In this document: positions 8,489 to 17,743 of the stretch, piece after piece
Numbering within the stretch: position 1 is the stretch's first letter
Layout: every line of letters starts with the position of its first letter
NCBI GenBank assembly: GCA_016792845.1
Contig: JAEUKH010000018.1
Span: 202,984 to 266,983 of the forward strand
Direction of reading: 5' to 3'
Source of the DNA: Myxococcales bacterium
Lineage (GTDB): Bacteria > Myxococcota_A > Polyangia > Polyangiales > Ga0077539
DNA: 64,000 nt
The notes under the pieces: generated by a model
What the model was told of the DNA's origin: nothing
Database searches by the model: none
The model's input: the letters and a program-made list of their open reading frames with translations, nothing else
Made by a program: the position numbers and the translations under genes

Positions 8489-11191
8489 GTGTCGATGACT
8501 GAGCCGAACCAAGAGACAGCGCCCTCGGCGACCGCGCGCCCCCTCACCCGCGGCCTCGGGCTCGTCGCGGGCGTCGCGAGCTTCGGCGTCGCGGGCTTCG
8601 CCGACGGGGTGATTTCGCTCGCGCGGATGAGCCCCGGCTCGCTCGCACCGCATCTCTCGGTGCTGGTGCTCTTGCACTGCACGGCGGTGCTCTTGACCTT
8701 CGGCATCGGCCTGGGGCTCTTCGAAGAGCTGTGCCTGAGCTCGCTCCGCCGGGTGCCCTTCCTCGCGCGCTTTGCCCGCTGGTCGGTGCAAGGGCCGCGG
8801 CGCTGGTACGCCCGCGACCCCGAGGCGGCGGGCTCGCTGCTCGCGGTGTCGCTCGGGGCCGGGGTCGCCTTCGGGCCGATGTACCCCATCGCCTACTCGG
8901 TGATTCGCTCGTTTCACTCGAAGCCCCTGGCCGCGCTGGCGATTTTTTTGGCACAACTTGGCCTCACCCTTCTGGGCGCCGCGGTGGGCGTGGTGGCGCT
9001 GACGCCGCTGCGGGCGCTCGGTCGGCGTTTGGGGCCGCTGGGCTCGCCCGGCATGGTGATCACCGCGGTGGGCCTCGGGGTCATCGCGCAGAGCGTTCGG
9101 TTCTTTTACATCAACTGGCAGGCCTTTCACGCGCTGGAGTACGGCGCGGCGGCGCTCGGCGCGGCGCTCCTGGTGGGCAACGTGGTGGCGCTGCTCGCGC
9201 TCGGCGCGCGGGTGACGCGTGCGGGGGCGGCCCTCGATCGCCGCACGCCCCTTTTTGCGATGGGCGTCGCCGTCGTGGCCTTTTTGCTCTCGGCGATGAC
9301 CTTCGGCGCGCGGCAGACCGTGGCGGCCACCATCTCGAATCGCTCGGTGTTGACGCAGCGGGTGGCGCGCACCCTTCAGGTGACCCTCGACTTCGACCGC
9401 GACGGGTTCTCACCGGTGTTCAACGGCGGAGACTGCAACGACCGCGACCCGAGCATCAACCCGCGGGCGCATGACATCCCCGGCAACGGCCGCGATGAGA
9501 ATTGCTCGGGGCGCGACGCGGTGGTCGAGCAACAAGAGAGCGACGGGCACCTCGCGACGCTGCCCCCGGCCCTCGCCAACGCCCGCCCGAGCATCGTGTT
9601 CCTCTCGATTGATGCGATGCGGCCCGATCATATGGGCTGTTACGGCTACCGCCGCGCGACGACCCCGAACATCGACCGCTTCGCGCAAGAGGCCGCGCGG
9701 TTTACCAGCGTGTACTGCGCCGCCCCGCGCTCGCTGCGCTCTTTCGGGAGCATCTTCACAGGGCTCTACGCGTCGAGCGTCGCTTGGGGCGACGACGTGC
9801 AATTCCCCCCGCTCGAGCTCTCGAACACCACCCTCGCCGAGCAGCTCCTCGCGGCGGGGTATCACACCGCGTCGTTCAACGGCACGAGCTACTTCTCGCA
9901 CACGGCGAACTTCTTTCAGGGCTTTCAGACCGTGCGCGAAGAGTACGGCTTCAAGCAAGACGCGCAGACCACCGCCAACGCCATCGTCGATTTTCTGCGG
10001 CTCCGCGACAGCGACCCGCAGCCCTTCTTCTTGTGGTCGCACCTCATGGAGCCCCACGACCCGTATCGCGATCTGAACAACCCGCGCGATTTCGGGAGCC
10101 GCGCCATCGACCTCTACGACGAAGAGATCGCCCACGCCGACGCGGCCTTCGGCACCGTGCTCACGGCCCTCCACGACATGGCCTCGCGGCGCCCGCTCTA
10201 CGTCTTCGTCTTCGCAGACCACGGCGAGGGCTTCGGCGAGCACGGGGTCTTTCATCACAGCTTCGACCTCCACGAAGAGGCCCTGCGGGTGCCGCTGCTC
10301 GTGCGCGGGCCCGAGGTGCGGGCCGGCGTCAGAAACCGCTTGAGCTCGCTCATGGATCTCAACCCCACGGTGCTCAACCTCGCGGGCCTGAGGCCCGAGC
10401 GCCCCATCGCCGGGTGGAGCCTCGTGCCCGCCCTCTTTGACCCCGCGCCGGGCGGTCTGACGCCCCCCGGCTGGCGTCAACACCTCTACGCCGAGGTCAC
10501 ACCCGACGGCGTCTTCTCGGCAGAGTCGAAGGCCCTCATCGCGCCGCCGTTCAAGCTGCTCTACGACATCCGGCACAACGTTTGGGAGCTCTTCGACCTC
10601 TCGCGCGACCCCGGCGAGCGGCGCAACCTCTTCGACGATCGCCCTGACATCGTGGGCCCCATGCGCGAGCGGCTCCTCACATGGACCGAGCACTCGGCGC
10701 TCCAGAGCAACCGCTCGACGGAGCTCATCGCGCGCTCTCGGCTGCGTTCGGTGCCGCGCACGATCCAGCACCCGATGCGCGTGCGCTTCGGCGACATCAT
10801 GGAGTTTCTCGGGTACGACCTCCCCCTCGACAGCGTGCGCATCAACGAGACCTTTCGGGCGGTGCTTTATTATCGCGTGCTGCGTCGCACCCGGGTGCCG
10901 GCGATGCCCACGGTGAGCTTCGACCCCGTCGACGGGCAGCCCATCTGGGGCATGTTCATCGCGCGGCATCACCCGATCTACGGGCGGTATCCGACCACCG
11001 AGTGGAGCCCGGGTGAGATCCTCCGCGATGAGGTGACCTTGCGCATCGACCCCGAGATGCGCCCGGTGCGGCTCCGCAGCTTCTTCTCGTTGGAGATCGA
11101 GTCGACCAACGAGCGCATCGCGCCGCAGAACGTGCCCAGCGGCGACAACCGCATCGAGCTGAGCCCCATCGAGATTTTGCCCGCTCAGTAG
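8489..11191 (+). CDS. sulfatase-like hydrolase/transferase with an N-terminal multi-pass membrane domain and a thrombospondin type-3 repeat
   Basis: About 300 aa of TM helices, then DFDRDGFSPVFNGGDCNDRD (TSP3-like), then an alkaline-phosphatase/sulfatase core (IVFLSIDAMRPDHMGCYGY...TPNIDRFA...YCAAPRS...; FADHGEGFGEHG). Confidence 0.8.
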   Translation: MSMTEPNQETAPSATARPLTRGLGLVAGVASFGVAGFADGVISLARMSPGSLAPHLSVLVLLHCTAVLLTFGIGLGLFEELCLSSLRRVPFLARFARWSVQGPRRWYARDPEAAGSLLAVSLGAGVAFGPMYPIAYSVIRSFHSKPLAALAIFLAQLGLTLLGAAVGVVALTPLRALGRRLGPLGSPGMVITAVGLGVIAQSVRFFYINWQAFHALEYGAAALGAALLVGNVVALLALGARVTRAGAALDRRTPLFAMGVAVVAFLLSAMTFGARQTVAATISNRSVLTQRVARTLQVTLDFDRDGFSPVFNGGDCNDRDPSINPRAHDIPGNGRDENCSGRDAVVEQQESDGHLATLPPALANARPSIVFLSIDAMRPDHMGCYGYRRATTPNIDRFAQEAARFTSVYCAAPRSLRSFGSIFTGLYASSVAWGDDVQFPPLELSNTTLAEQLLAAGYHTASFNGTSYFSHTANFFQGFQTVREEYGFKQDAQTTANAIVDFLRLRDSDPQPFFLWSHLMEPHDPYRDLNNPRDFGSRAIDLYDEEIAHADAAFGTVLTALHDMASRRPLYVFVFADHGEGFGEHGVFHHSFDLHEEALRVPLLVRGPEVRAGVRNRLSSLMDLNPTVLNLAGLRPERPIAGWSLVPALFDPAPGGLTPPGWRQHLYAEVTPDGVFSAESKALIAPPFKLLYDIRHNVWELFDLSRDPGERRNLFDDRPDIVGPMRERLLTWTEHSALQSNRSTELIARSRLRSVPRTIQHPMRVRFGDIMEFLGYDLPLDSVRINETFRAVLYYRVLRRTRVPAMPTVSFDPVDGQPIWGMFIARHHPIYGRYPTTEWSPGEILRDEVTLRIDPEMRPVRLRSFFSLEIESTNERIAPQNVPSGDNRIELSPIEILPAQ

Positions 11192-11763
11192 GGTCGCACG
11201 TCGACCACCACGAGGGTCGCGTCGGCGCCCGCGAGGCCGCACAGGCCCCCCGCGACGTGGGCGAGCTCACCGGCTTCGAGGTGCTGCGACTGATCGGCGA
11301 GGGTGAGGGTCGCGGCGCCGCGGGCGAGCCACACCAGCACCTCGCCTTCGGACGCGTCGAGGGTCAGCGTCGCGCTCGCCTCGGGGCCGTACACCGTGAG
11401 GGTGCCGCGGCGCGCGTGGCGACGCAGCATGAGGTTCAGGTCGCGGGCGGTGCCCGTGACGGTGGCCGCGGTCTCAAGCTCGCCGGCGAAGGCGTAGGGG
11501 CGCAGCGGCGCGAGGGTGTGCGACGCGCCGCCGGGGTGTTCGAGGGTCATCGGCGGCCCGTCGAGCTGAACGATCACCCGGTCGACGCCCTCGAAGCGCG
11601 AGAAGGGCCCCGAGGCGGCCACCGTGGCGATCGAGACGCGCCAGAGAAACTGGTCAAAGTCAGCGCCTTCGGGCGAGACCCAAAGCTCGGTGGTGACGCC
11701 GCCGCCGTTGCGCCAAGGGCGAACCGTGAGCTCGGCGGGGGTGCGCCTGGTCAGAGTTGGCAT
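11185..11763 (-). CDS. hutD: HutD/Ves-family cupin protein
   Basis: MPTLTRRTPAELTVRPWRNGGGVTTELW matches the HutD N-terminal motif. Convergent with the sulfatase gene. Confidence 0.65.
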   Translation of the reverse strand: MPTLTRRTPAELTVRPWRNGGGVTTELWVSPEGADFDQFLWRVSIATVAASGPFSRFEGVDRVIVQLDGPPMTLEHPGGASHTLAPLRPYAFAGELETAATVTGTARDLNLMLRRHARRGTLTVYGPEASATLTLDASEGEVLVWLARGAATLTLADQSQHLEAGELAHVAGGLCGLAGADATLVVVDVRPY

Positions 11764-11921
11764 GGCCCGAGAGGGTATCGCACCGCGGCGGTGAGAGGTT
11801 CGGTTCATTTTGCTTCACGCGGCGCCGAAGAACAGCAACGTAGAGGGCTGTCAGAAATGCACGGGGCCGGGCGTCGAGGTGGGGTGCGGGCCTTCAGACA
11901 GGCCGCGGTCGAGGAGTTGGC

Positions 11922-14900
11922 ATGGTGGCTCGGTTTGCGTTGAGTCCGTCGCGGATTGCGCGCTTCTTCTTTCACGAGTGCGAGCGGCATTTGCGCTTCT
12001 CTGCGACGCCCAAGGCCCGTCGCGGCGTTGAGGGCGTGCCCGAGGTGGCCCTCGACGAGAGCCCGGTGACGGCCTCGCTCCTCGAAGGCGGCTACCAATG
12101 GGAGGAGCGGGTCGTCGAACGTCACCTCGCCGGTCGAGTGAGGGTGAGCCCCGGGCCGGGCGCGCTTCGCACGCGGGTCTTCGAGGCCGAGGCGACCCTC
12201 GAAGCCCTCGCGACGCTTCAGCCGGGCGAGTACCTCTACCAGCCCACGCTGATCGCGCCGCCAGGCTTCTTGGCGCGCTACAAGCTCGACCCCGCGTGGG
12301 TGTCGTTCGCCCCGTGTCGCCCCGACCTCATCGCGTGTGTGGCCACGCCCGAGGGGCCGCGGCTCCGCGTGGTCGACGTGAAGGCGAGCGACACCCTCAA
12401 GGCCAGCCACCGCGTTCAAGTGACGCTCTACGCGCTGATGTTGCGCGAGATCGTGCGCGACGCGGGGCTCGCGCTGGAGGTCGACCTCGAGCACGCCGCG
12501 ATCTGGCTCTTCGAGGCGCCGCAGCCCGAGCTCGTGGCGCTGCGGTTGACCCTCGGCGTGGTCGAGAGCTTTCTCTCAGATCGTGTCGCGTCGGTGCTCG
12601 AGGGCAAGGCCAGCGAGGCCGCGTGGCACCTCCATTACCGCTGCGAATGGTGCGAATATTACGACCACTGCCGGGCCGAAGCCGAAGCCACCCGCTCGGT
12701 CTCGCTGGTGCCGTACCTCACCGTGGGCGGCAGGGTCCACCTCCGGCAGCTCCGGCCCGACGCCCCGCCCGTCGAGACCCTCGACCAGCTCGCGGCCGCC
12801 CTTGACGACGACCCTGAGGGGCGCAGCCTCGACCCGTGCGGTTCGCTCCGCGGCAAGCGCGATCGCCTCGTCAACGCCGTCGAGGCCTTGCGGCGAGGCG
12901 AGCCGATGGCGCACGGCGGCAGCTCGATCAAGATGCCCGTCGGCGAGCACGTCCTCCTGGCCGTCACGGTGCATCGCGAGCCCCTCGGCGGGCGGCTCTA
13001 CGCCGCGGGCTTTCTGCGCATCAAGGGTAAGCGATACTTCGGCACGGGCTCGCAGCTCGAGTGCTTCGTGGCCGAGCGCCCCGACGAGGTGGTGACGCTC
13101 CGCCGCGCGTTCGTGCGCGCGCTCTACAGCGCCCTGAGCGAGCTCGACGGCGTCAACCGCGGCCTGAGCTGGCGCGATCAAGCGACGCTCCAGACCTACG
13201 TCTACGACAGCTTCGAGGCCGACGGTCTGCACGACCTCTTGTACGACACCCTCAACGACGACGAGGTCGGCCCCGAGGCCCTCGCGCTGATGTTTCACTT
13301 TCAGAGCGAGGGCGTGCTGCGGGCGGAGCGCCAGCCGGGGGTCGAGGTGCCCTACCCCGTGGTGACGCTGAGCGAGGTGCTGAGAGACCTGATCGCGCTG
13401 CCGACCCCGGTGGCCTACCACCTCGCCGAGGTGAGCGCCGCGCTGCCCAACCCGCAGTTCAGCTTCACCTACTCGCGCAGCAAATTCTTTGATTTCGCGC
13501 TCTCGAACCAGCTCAAGAGCGACGCCATCATGATGCTCTGGCGCGGCGATCGCCCAGACGCCGCCGGGTGGATCGAGCGTCGCCTCGCGGAGCGCCTCAG
13601 AGCCGTGAACAACCTCGTGAGCGGCCTCCGTGAGCGGCTCGCGGCCCGGCTCTTCGCGTGGCCTCCGAAGTTCTTCCTCCCTGTCGCGCTGGCCTTTGTT
13701 CACCCCGCGCTGTCGCGGATCGCGTTCGTGACGCGGTACGAGGCCCTGGTGACCTGCCTCGCCTCGCGCACGGCCCGCGCGCGGCCGCAGGGCGAGCGAG
13801 AGCGCGAGGGCGCCCGCATCAGGCTCCAGCACGAGGCCGACGACCGATGGCGCGTGCTGAACCCGCTCGACGACGCCCTGGTCGAGCTCGACGGCTACTG
13901 GGATCGCCTCGTCACCAGCGACTCTGACGAGGGTGAGCGCGCGCAGCTCGCCTTTGATGATTTTCTGCGACGAAAGCACATCCGCAGCCTCACCCGTGAG
14001 GACATCGAGTTGGGGCGCATCGTCGAGAAGACCGTCGACCCGAGACTCGGCCTCGTCACCCACCTCACCCTCGAACGCGGCGGCGTTGACGGGCTCGCGG
14101 CCCCGCCACCCCCCGGCGCGCGGCGGGCCCTGCACCCGCGGGTGACCGACTTCAACACCGACAAGATCTGCGCCCGCTTGCAGGCCATCGACGGCGACCC
14201 GGGGCACGATTTTCTCGCACTCCTTCGCGACCCCAACGCCTTCTCGTGCCCGGTCGCGCAGCCCCCCGCGGTGGCCCGCGCGTTGGAGGCCGAGCGCACC
14301 CGGGCGGGCCTCACGCCGAGCCAGGGCCGGGCCTTCGAGCACCTCGTGCGGCGCCGGCTCACCCTCGTCTGGGGCCCTCCGGGGACGGGCAAGACGCACT
14401 TTCTCGTCGCGTCGATCGTGCGCCTCGCGCGGGCCCACGCCGCCGCGTCGGAGGTCTTCCGGGTCGCCGTCTGCGCCTTCACCCACGCCGCGGTCGAGAA
14501 CCTCCTGTCGAGCCTCGCGGCGCAGCTCGCCCGAGAGCCCGAGGCGCCTTCGATCGCGGTGCGAAAGCTCGACAGCGTGCGCACGCCGCGCGGGCTCGAC
14601 CTTGAGGCGCTCTCCGTCGCCGAGAGCGCCGCGTTCAACGAACACCCTTTGGTCTTGGGCGGCACCGTGCACGGGCTCTCGAAGGCCATCGAGCGCTCAG
14701 GCTGCGCGCCCTTCTCGCTGCTCATCATCGATGAGGCTTCGCAGATGAAATTCGGCGAGCTGGCCCTCGCCTCGTCGGCGCTCGGGGCCGGCGCGCGGCT
14801 CGTCTTGGCGGGCGATGATCTGCAGCTGCCGCCCATCCTAAAGGGCCGCTACCCGAGCCCCGACGACGGCCTCCCGGGGCTGCAAGACTCGGTGTTCGCG

Positions 14901-15725
14901 TGGCTCCGCGCGCGGCAGTCGCCGACCGCGCCCTTCACCTGTCAGCTCGAAGAGAACTGGCGCATGCACGAGACCCTCTCGCGCTTCTCGGCCGAGACCC
15001 TCTATTCGCTGCGGTACCGCCCGGCCACCGCGGCCATCGCCGCACAGCGCATCGCCATGCGCGGCCCGAGCGCGCGCCCGGGCACGCCGCTTGAGCGCCT
15101 CATCGAGGCCCTCGTTGACCCCGAAAAGCCTTGGAGTCTCGCGGTGATCGATGGCCTCAAGGCCAGCACCGAGAACCGCGCCGAGGCCGAGCTGACGGCC
15201 CGGGTGGCGGTGGCGCTCCGCACCCGGATGCTCAGCCCCGGAGGCGAGCCCTACCCCGACACGCCCGAGGGCGACGCAGACTTTTGGCGTCACGGCCTCT
15301 TCGTGGTGAGCCCGCACCGCGCGCAGATTCGAGCGATTCGGAGCGCCTTGGCGCAGCACCGCCCTTGGGCCTACGCGCCCTTCGTCGACACCGTCGACAA
15401 GATGCAGGGCCAAGAGGCCCTCGCGGTGGTGGTGAGCTACGGCGTGAGCGACGCCGAGACCGCCGCGCTCGAAGCCGAGTTCATCTACTCGTTGCCGCGC
15501 TTGAACGTGTCGGTGAGCCGCGCCCGCGCGCGCTGCGTGGTGTTTCTGTCGCGCGCCCTGCTCGGACCGAGCTTCGACCTCCTCAGCAACCCCGAGGCCG
15601 CGCGGGGCATCGCCCACATGCACGACCTCTTGGCCTTTGTGCGCAGCGGCGGCCCGTCGAGCACCTTCGCCCTCGACGAGCTGGTCGACGGCCAGGGCGC
15701 GACGCTCACGCTCTACCGCCGCTGA
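11922..15725 (+). CDS. large nuclease-helicase: N-terminal Cas4/RecB-type PD-(D/E)xK nuclease with a Cys cluster, fused to a C-terminal Upf1/Dna2-like SF1B helicase (AAA_11/AAA_12)
   Basis: Nuclease motifs VVDVKAS...QVTLYALML and Cys residues (CRPDLIAC...CEWCEYYDHC). Helicase Walker A LVWGPPGTGKTH, IIDEASQM, motifs VVSPHRAQ, DKMQGQE, NVSVSRAR. Confidence 0.85.
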   Translation: MVARFALSPSRIARFFFHECERHLRFSATPKARRGVEGVPEVALDESPVTASLLEGGYQWEERVVERHLAGRVRVSPGPGALRTRVFEAEATLEALATLQPGEYLYQPTLIAPPGFLARYKLDPAWVSFAPCRPDLIACVATPEGPRLRVVDVKASDTLKASHRVQVTLYALMLREIVRDAGLALEVDLEHAAIWLFEAPQPELVALRLTLGVVESFLSDRVASVLEGKASEAAWHLHYRCEWCEYYDHCRAEAEATRSVSLVPYLTVGGRVHLRQLRPDAPPVETLDQLAAALDDDPEGRSLDPCGSLRGKRDRLVNAVEALRRGEPMAHGGSSIKMPVGEHVLLAVTVHREPLGGRLYAAGFLRIKGKRYFGTGSQLECFVAERPDEVVTLRRAFVRALYSALSELDGVNRGLSWRDQATLQTYVYDSFEADGLHDLLYDTLNDDEVGPEALALMFHFQSEGVLRAERQPGVEVPYPVVTLSEVLRDLIALPTPVAYHLAEVSAALPNPQFSFTYSRSKFFDFALSNQLKSDAIMMLWRGDRPDAAGWIERRLAERLRAVNNLVSGLRERLAARLFAWPPKFFLPVALAFVHPALSRIAFVTRYEALVTCLASRTARARPQGEREREGARIRLQHEADDRWRVLNPLDDALVELDGYWDRLVTSDSDEGERAQLAFDDFLRRKHIRSLTREDIELGRIVEKTVDPRLGLVTHLTLERGGVDGLAAPPPPGARRALHPRVTDFNTDKICARLQAIDGDPGHDFLALLRDPNAFSCPVAQPPAVARALEAERTRAGLTPSQGRAFEHLVRRRLTLVWGPPGTGKTHFLVASIVRLARAHAAASEVFRVAVCAFTHAAVENLLSSLAAQLAREPEAPSIAVRKLDSVRTPRGLDLEALSVAESAAFNEHPLVLGGTVHGLSKAIERSGCAPFSLLIIDEASQMKFGELALASSALGAGARLVLAGDDLQLPPILKGRYPSPDDGLPGLQDSVFAWLRARQSPTAPFTCQLEENWRMHETLSRFSAETLYSLRYRPATAAIAAQRIAMRGPSARPGTPLERLIEALVDPEKPWSLAVIDGLKASTENRAEAELTARVAVALRTRMLSPGGEPYPDTPEGDADFWRHGLFVVSPHRAQIRAIRSALAQHRPWAYAPFVDTVDKMQGQEALAVVVSYGVSDAETAALEAEFIYSLPRLNVSVSRARARCVVFLSRALLGPSFDLLSNPEAARGIAHMHDLLAFVRSGGPSSTFALDELVDGQGATLTLYRR

Positions 15726-17311
15726 CGACGCCGACGCCAGAGTAGCAACGCCGCCAGAAAGGCCCACCCCTGACGCCGGGCCGGGGGCCGCGCCGTGCAC
15801 GCGCACTGCCCGTCGATCACCGCGGGGCCCGGAGCCTCGGCGCTCGCGTCGGGCGCCCCCGCGGCGGGTCTGTCGTCGTCAGAGGGCGCGTCGACCGTAG
15901 GGCTCGTGTCGACCGTGGGGCTCGCGTCGACCGTGGGGCTCGCGTCGACCGTGGTGACATCGGCGGCGCTGGCGTCGGGCTGCGGCGCTGCGGCGTCGCG
16001 GTCGCCGGGAGCGTCGGGGTCTTCTGGGCCTGCGGTCATCGACTGCGAGCATTGGGCGCTCGCGCCAGACGCCATGCAGCGCGCGCCAGACCCGCAGGCG
16101 GTCACCGAGACGACGTTGCCGTTGTAGCAACGGGCGACGGTCTCGGCGTTGAGGCACACGGTGCGGTCGTCGGCGGGCGCCCCCGCGGCGGGCACGGGGC
16201 ACTGCGGCAGGGGCGCGACGCAGGTCGCCACGCCCGAGGCCATCGAGCACACCTGGCCCGCGGCGCAGGCGATCTCGCGGGCGCTGCCGTCGGCGTTGCA
16301 TTGCAGCTGCCGCCCCGCGTTGATCGAGCACGCGAGGTGGGCCACGGGCACCGCGCTCGGCCCCGCGACGCAGAGCGAGAAGACGCAGCGCGCGGCGGTG
16401 GGGCCGACCCCCGCGGTCGAACAGAACGCGCCGTACGCGCCGCACTCGCCGGCGCTCATTACCACGCCGTTGTTGCAGTGGATGATCTGCGATTGGTTGC
16501 CGCAAATGGTGGCCGTACCCGTGCGCGGACACCCCGGCGTGCCGCAGCGGGGGTTAGGGTCGGCGATGCACGTCGTGCCGTAGGCCGCGCAGTCGCCGCT
16601 CGCGCAGTCGGCCAACACGATGCGGGTGCCCTCGCAGCGGGCGGTGCAGCTCGCGCCGCCGCCCACCGCGCCCGAAGTGAAGAAGGGCGTGCGGCGGTTG
16701 GCGCCGTCGAGGTTCAGCTCCATGTGAATGTGATCGATGTGCGGGATGGGCCCCGTGTACGGCTGGAGCTTGGTGCCCGCAGGGCGCTCGGCGCGCCACG
16801 AGCTGCGATCCCAGATCACGATCTGGACGCCGATCTCCTGCGCGTGCTCGACGAGCCAGTTGGCCACCGCGTCGCCCGCCGTGTTGTCAGCGTCGCCGCC
16901 CGTCGTGGCGATCATCAGGTCGAGCGCGCGGCCGATGCTGTGAACGCTCAAGTAAGCGGTATTCCCTGTGTTTTGCCGACAGCAGTCGAAGCCCCCGGCG
17001 GAGCGAATCTGCGGAAAGCGGCGCCGCAGAAACTGTGCGAACTCGATCGTCCCCGGGAGCCCGCGGCTGCACGCCGGGTGGGTGCAGCTGCACGCGAAGG
17101 CATTGGTGCTCGTGCAGCGCCCGCCGTCGGCGATGCGCGGAGAGCCGTTGTAGAGCACATACTGTCGGTCGCCCACGGCGCGGGTCGACGCGGGCAAGAC
17201 CCACGGCCCGGGCACCGCGACGGCCTGTGCGTGCTGGGCCTCATCTGGCGCGGCCAGGCACCCTGCGGCCAGCGTCGCTCCGACAATCAACCAACAACGC
17301 GTGGGCAGCAT
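15713..17311 (-). CDS. secreted Cys-rich protein with an N-terminal LAS/peptidase-M15-like (VanY/Hedgehog-type zinc hydrolase) domain and a MYXO-CTERM sorting tail
   Basis: Signal peptide. SVHSIGRALDL ... IDHIHMEL match the H-x6-D / HxH zinc ligand pattern. Many Cys-containing repeats, a SPTVDASPTVD tandem, and the C-terminus GQCAC + hydrophobic segment + RRRRQRR. Confidence 0.7.
   Translation of the reverse strand: MLPTRCWLIVGATLAAGCLAAPDEAQHAQAVAVPGPWVLPASTRAVGDRQYVLYNGSPRIADGGRCTSTNAFACSCTHPACSRGLPGTIEFAQFLRRRFPQIRSAGGFDCCRQNTGNTAYLSVHSIGRALDLMIATTGGDADNTAGDAVANWLVEHAQEIGVQIVIWDRSSWRAERPAGTKLQPYTGPIPHIDHIHMELNLDGANRRTPFFTSGAVGGGASCTARCEGTRIVLADCASGDCAAYGTTCIADPNPRCGTPGCPRTGTATICGNQSQIIHCNNGVVMSAGECGAYGAFCSTAGVGPTAARCVFSLCVAGPSAVPVAHLACSINAGRQLQCNADGSAREIACAAGQVCSMASGVATCVAPLPQCPVPAAGAPADDRTVCLNAETVARCYNGNVVSVTACGSGARCMASGASAQCSQSMTAGPEDPDAPGDRDAAAPQPDASAADVTTVDASPTVDASPTVDTSPTVDAPSDDDRPAAGAPDASAEAPGPAVIDGQCACTARPPARRQGWAFLAALLLWRRRRQRR
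15891..15962. repeat. 18-bp tandem repeat (TCGACCGTGGGGCTCGCG)x3.5 encoding (DASPTV)n in the MYXO-CTERM protein
   Basis: Seen directly in the sequence. Confidence 0.8.
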
Positions 17312-17444
17312 GGCACCTCCGAGGTGTCGCGAAGTGTATCAAGCCTCTGCGAATTCAACGGGCGCCGATCGCAGGCCGAGAACTTTGTTAAACTGCGGTG
17401 GTCACAGCGCAAATGGGCCAAGCGCTGCACGGGGCGAGGGTGTG

Positions 17445-17732
17445 ATGCGACGACCGCAGGCGAGTGTGCATCGGTGTGCCGTTCCGACCTTGGCGGCGGC
17501 GAGCTTGATGGGCTTGGTGGTCGAGGGGTGTCACACGGGTCAGGCGGCATCGCAGCCGTCGGCGCCGGTGGCGACGGCGCCCTTGCCCGAGTTCGTGTCG
17601 GCGCAGCGGCGCGACCCGCATCAGCCGTTGGTGCCGCGGGTCGAGCGCGCGGTCGACGAGTCGATGTCGGTGGGGGGCGCGATCGCGGCGGTTCGCCCAG
17701 TCGGGGCGCCGCGACGATGGCCTGCGTTCTGA
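17445..17732 (+). CDS. small putative lipoprotein
   Basis: MRRPQASVHRCAVPTLAAASLMGLVVEGC gives a signal plus lipobox. It fills the gap between convergent genes. The short ORF is uncertain. Confidence 0.3.
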   Translation: MRRPQASVHRCAVPTLAAASLMGLVVEGCHTGQAASQPSAPVATAPLPEFVSAQRRDPHQPLVPRVERAVDESMSVGGAIAAVRPVGAPRRWPAF

Positions 17733-17743
17733 AGGGTCTTCGC

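Noticed and set aside
9410-11242. 610-aa minus-strand ORF
   Set aside because: Antisense to the sulfatase-like gene, which has clear catalytic motifs. Arg-rich artefact.
12576-14672. 698-aa minus-strand ORF
   Set aside because: Antisense to the nuclease-helicase gene, whose Walker A and helicase motifs sit in the + frame. Translation is low-complexity.
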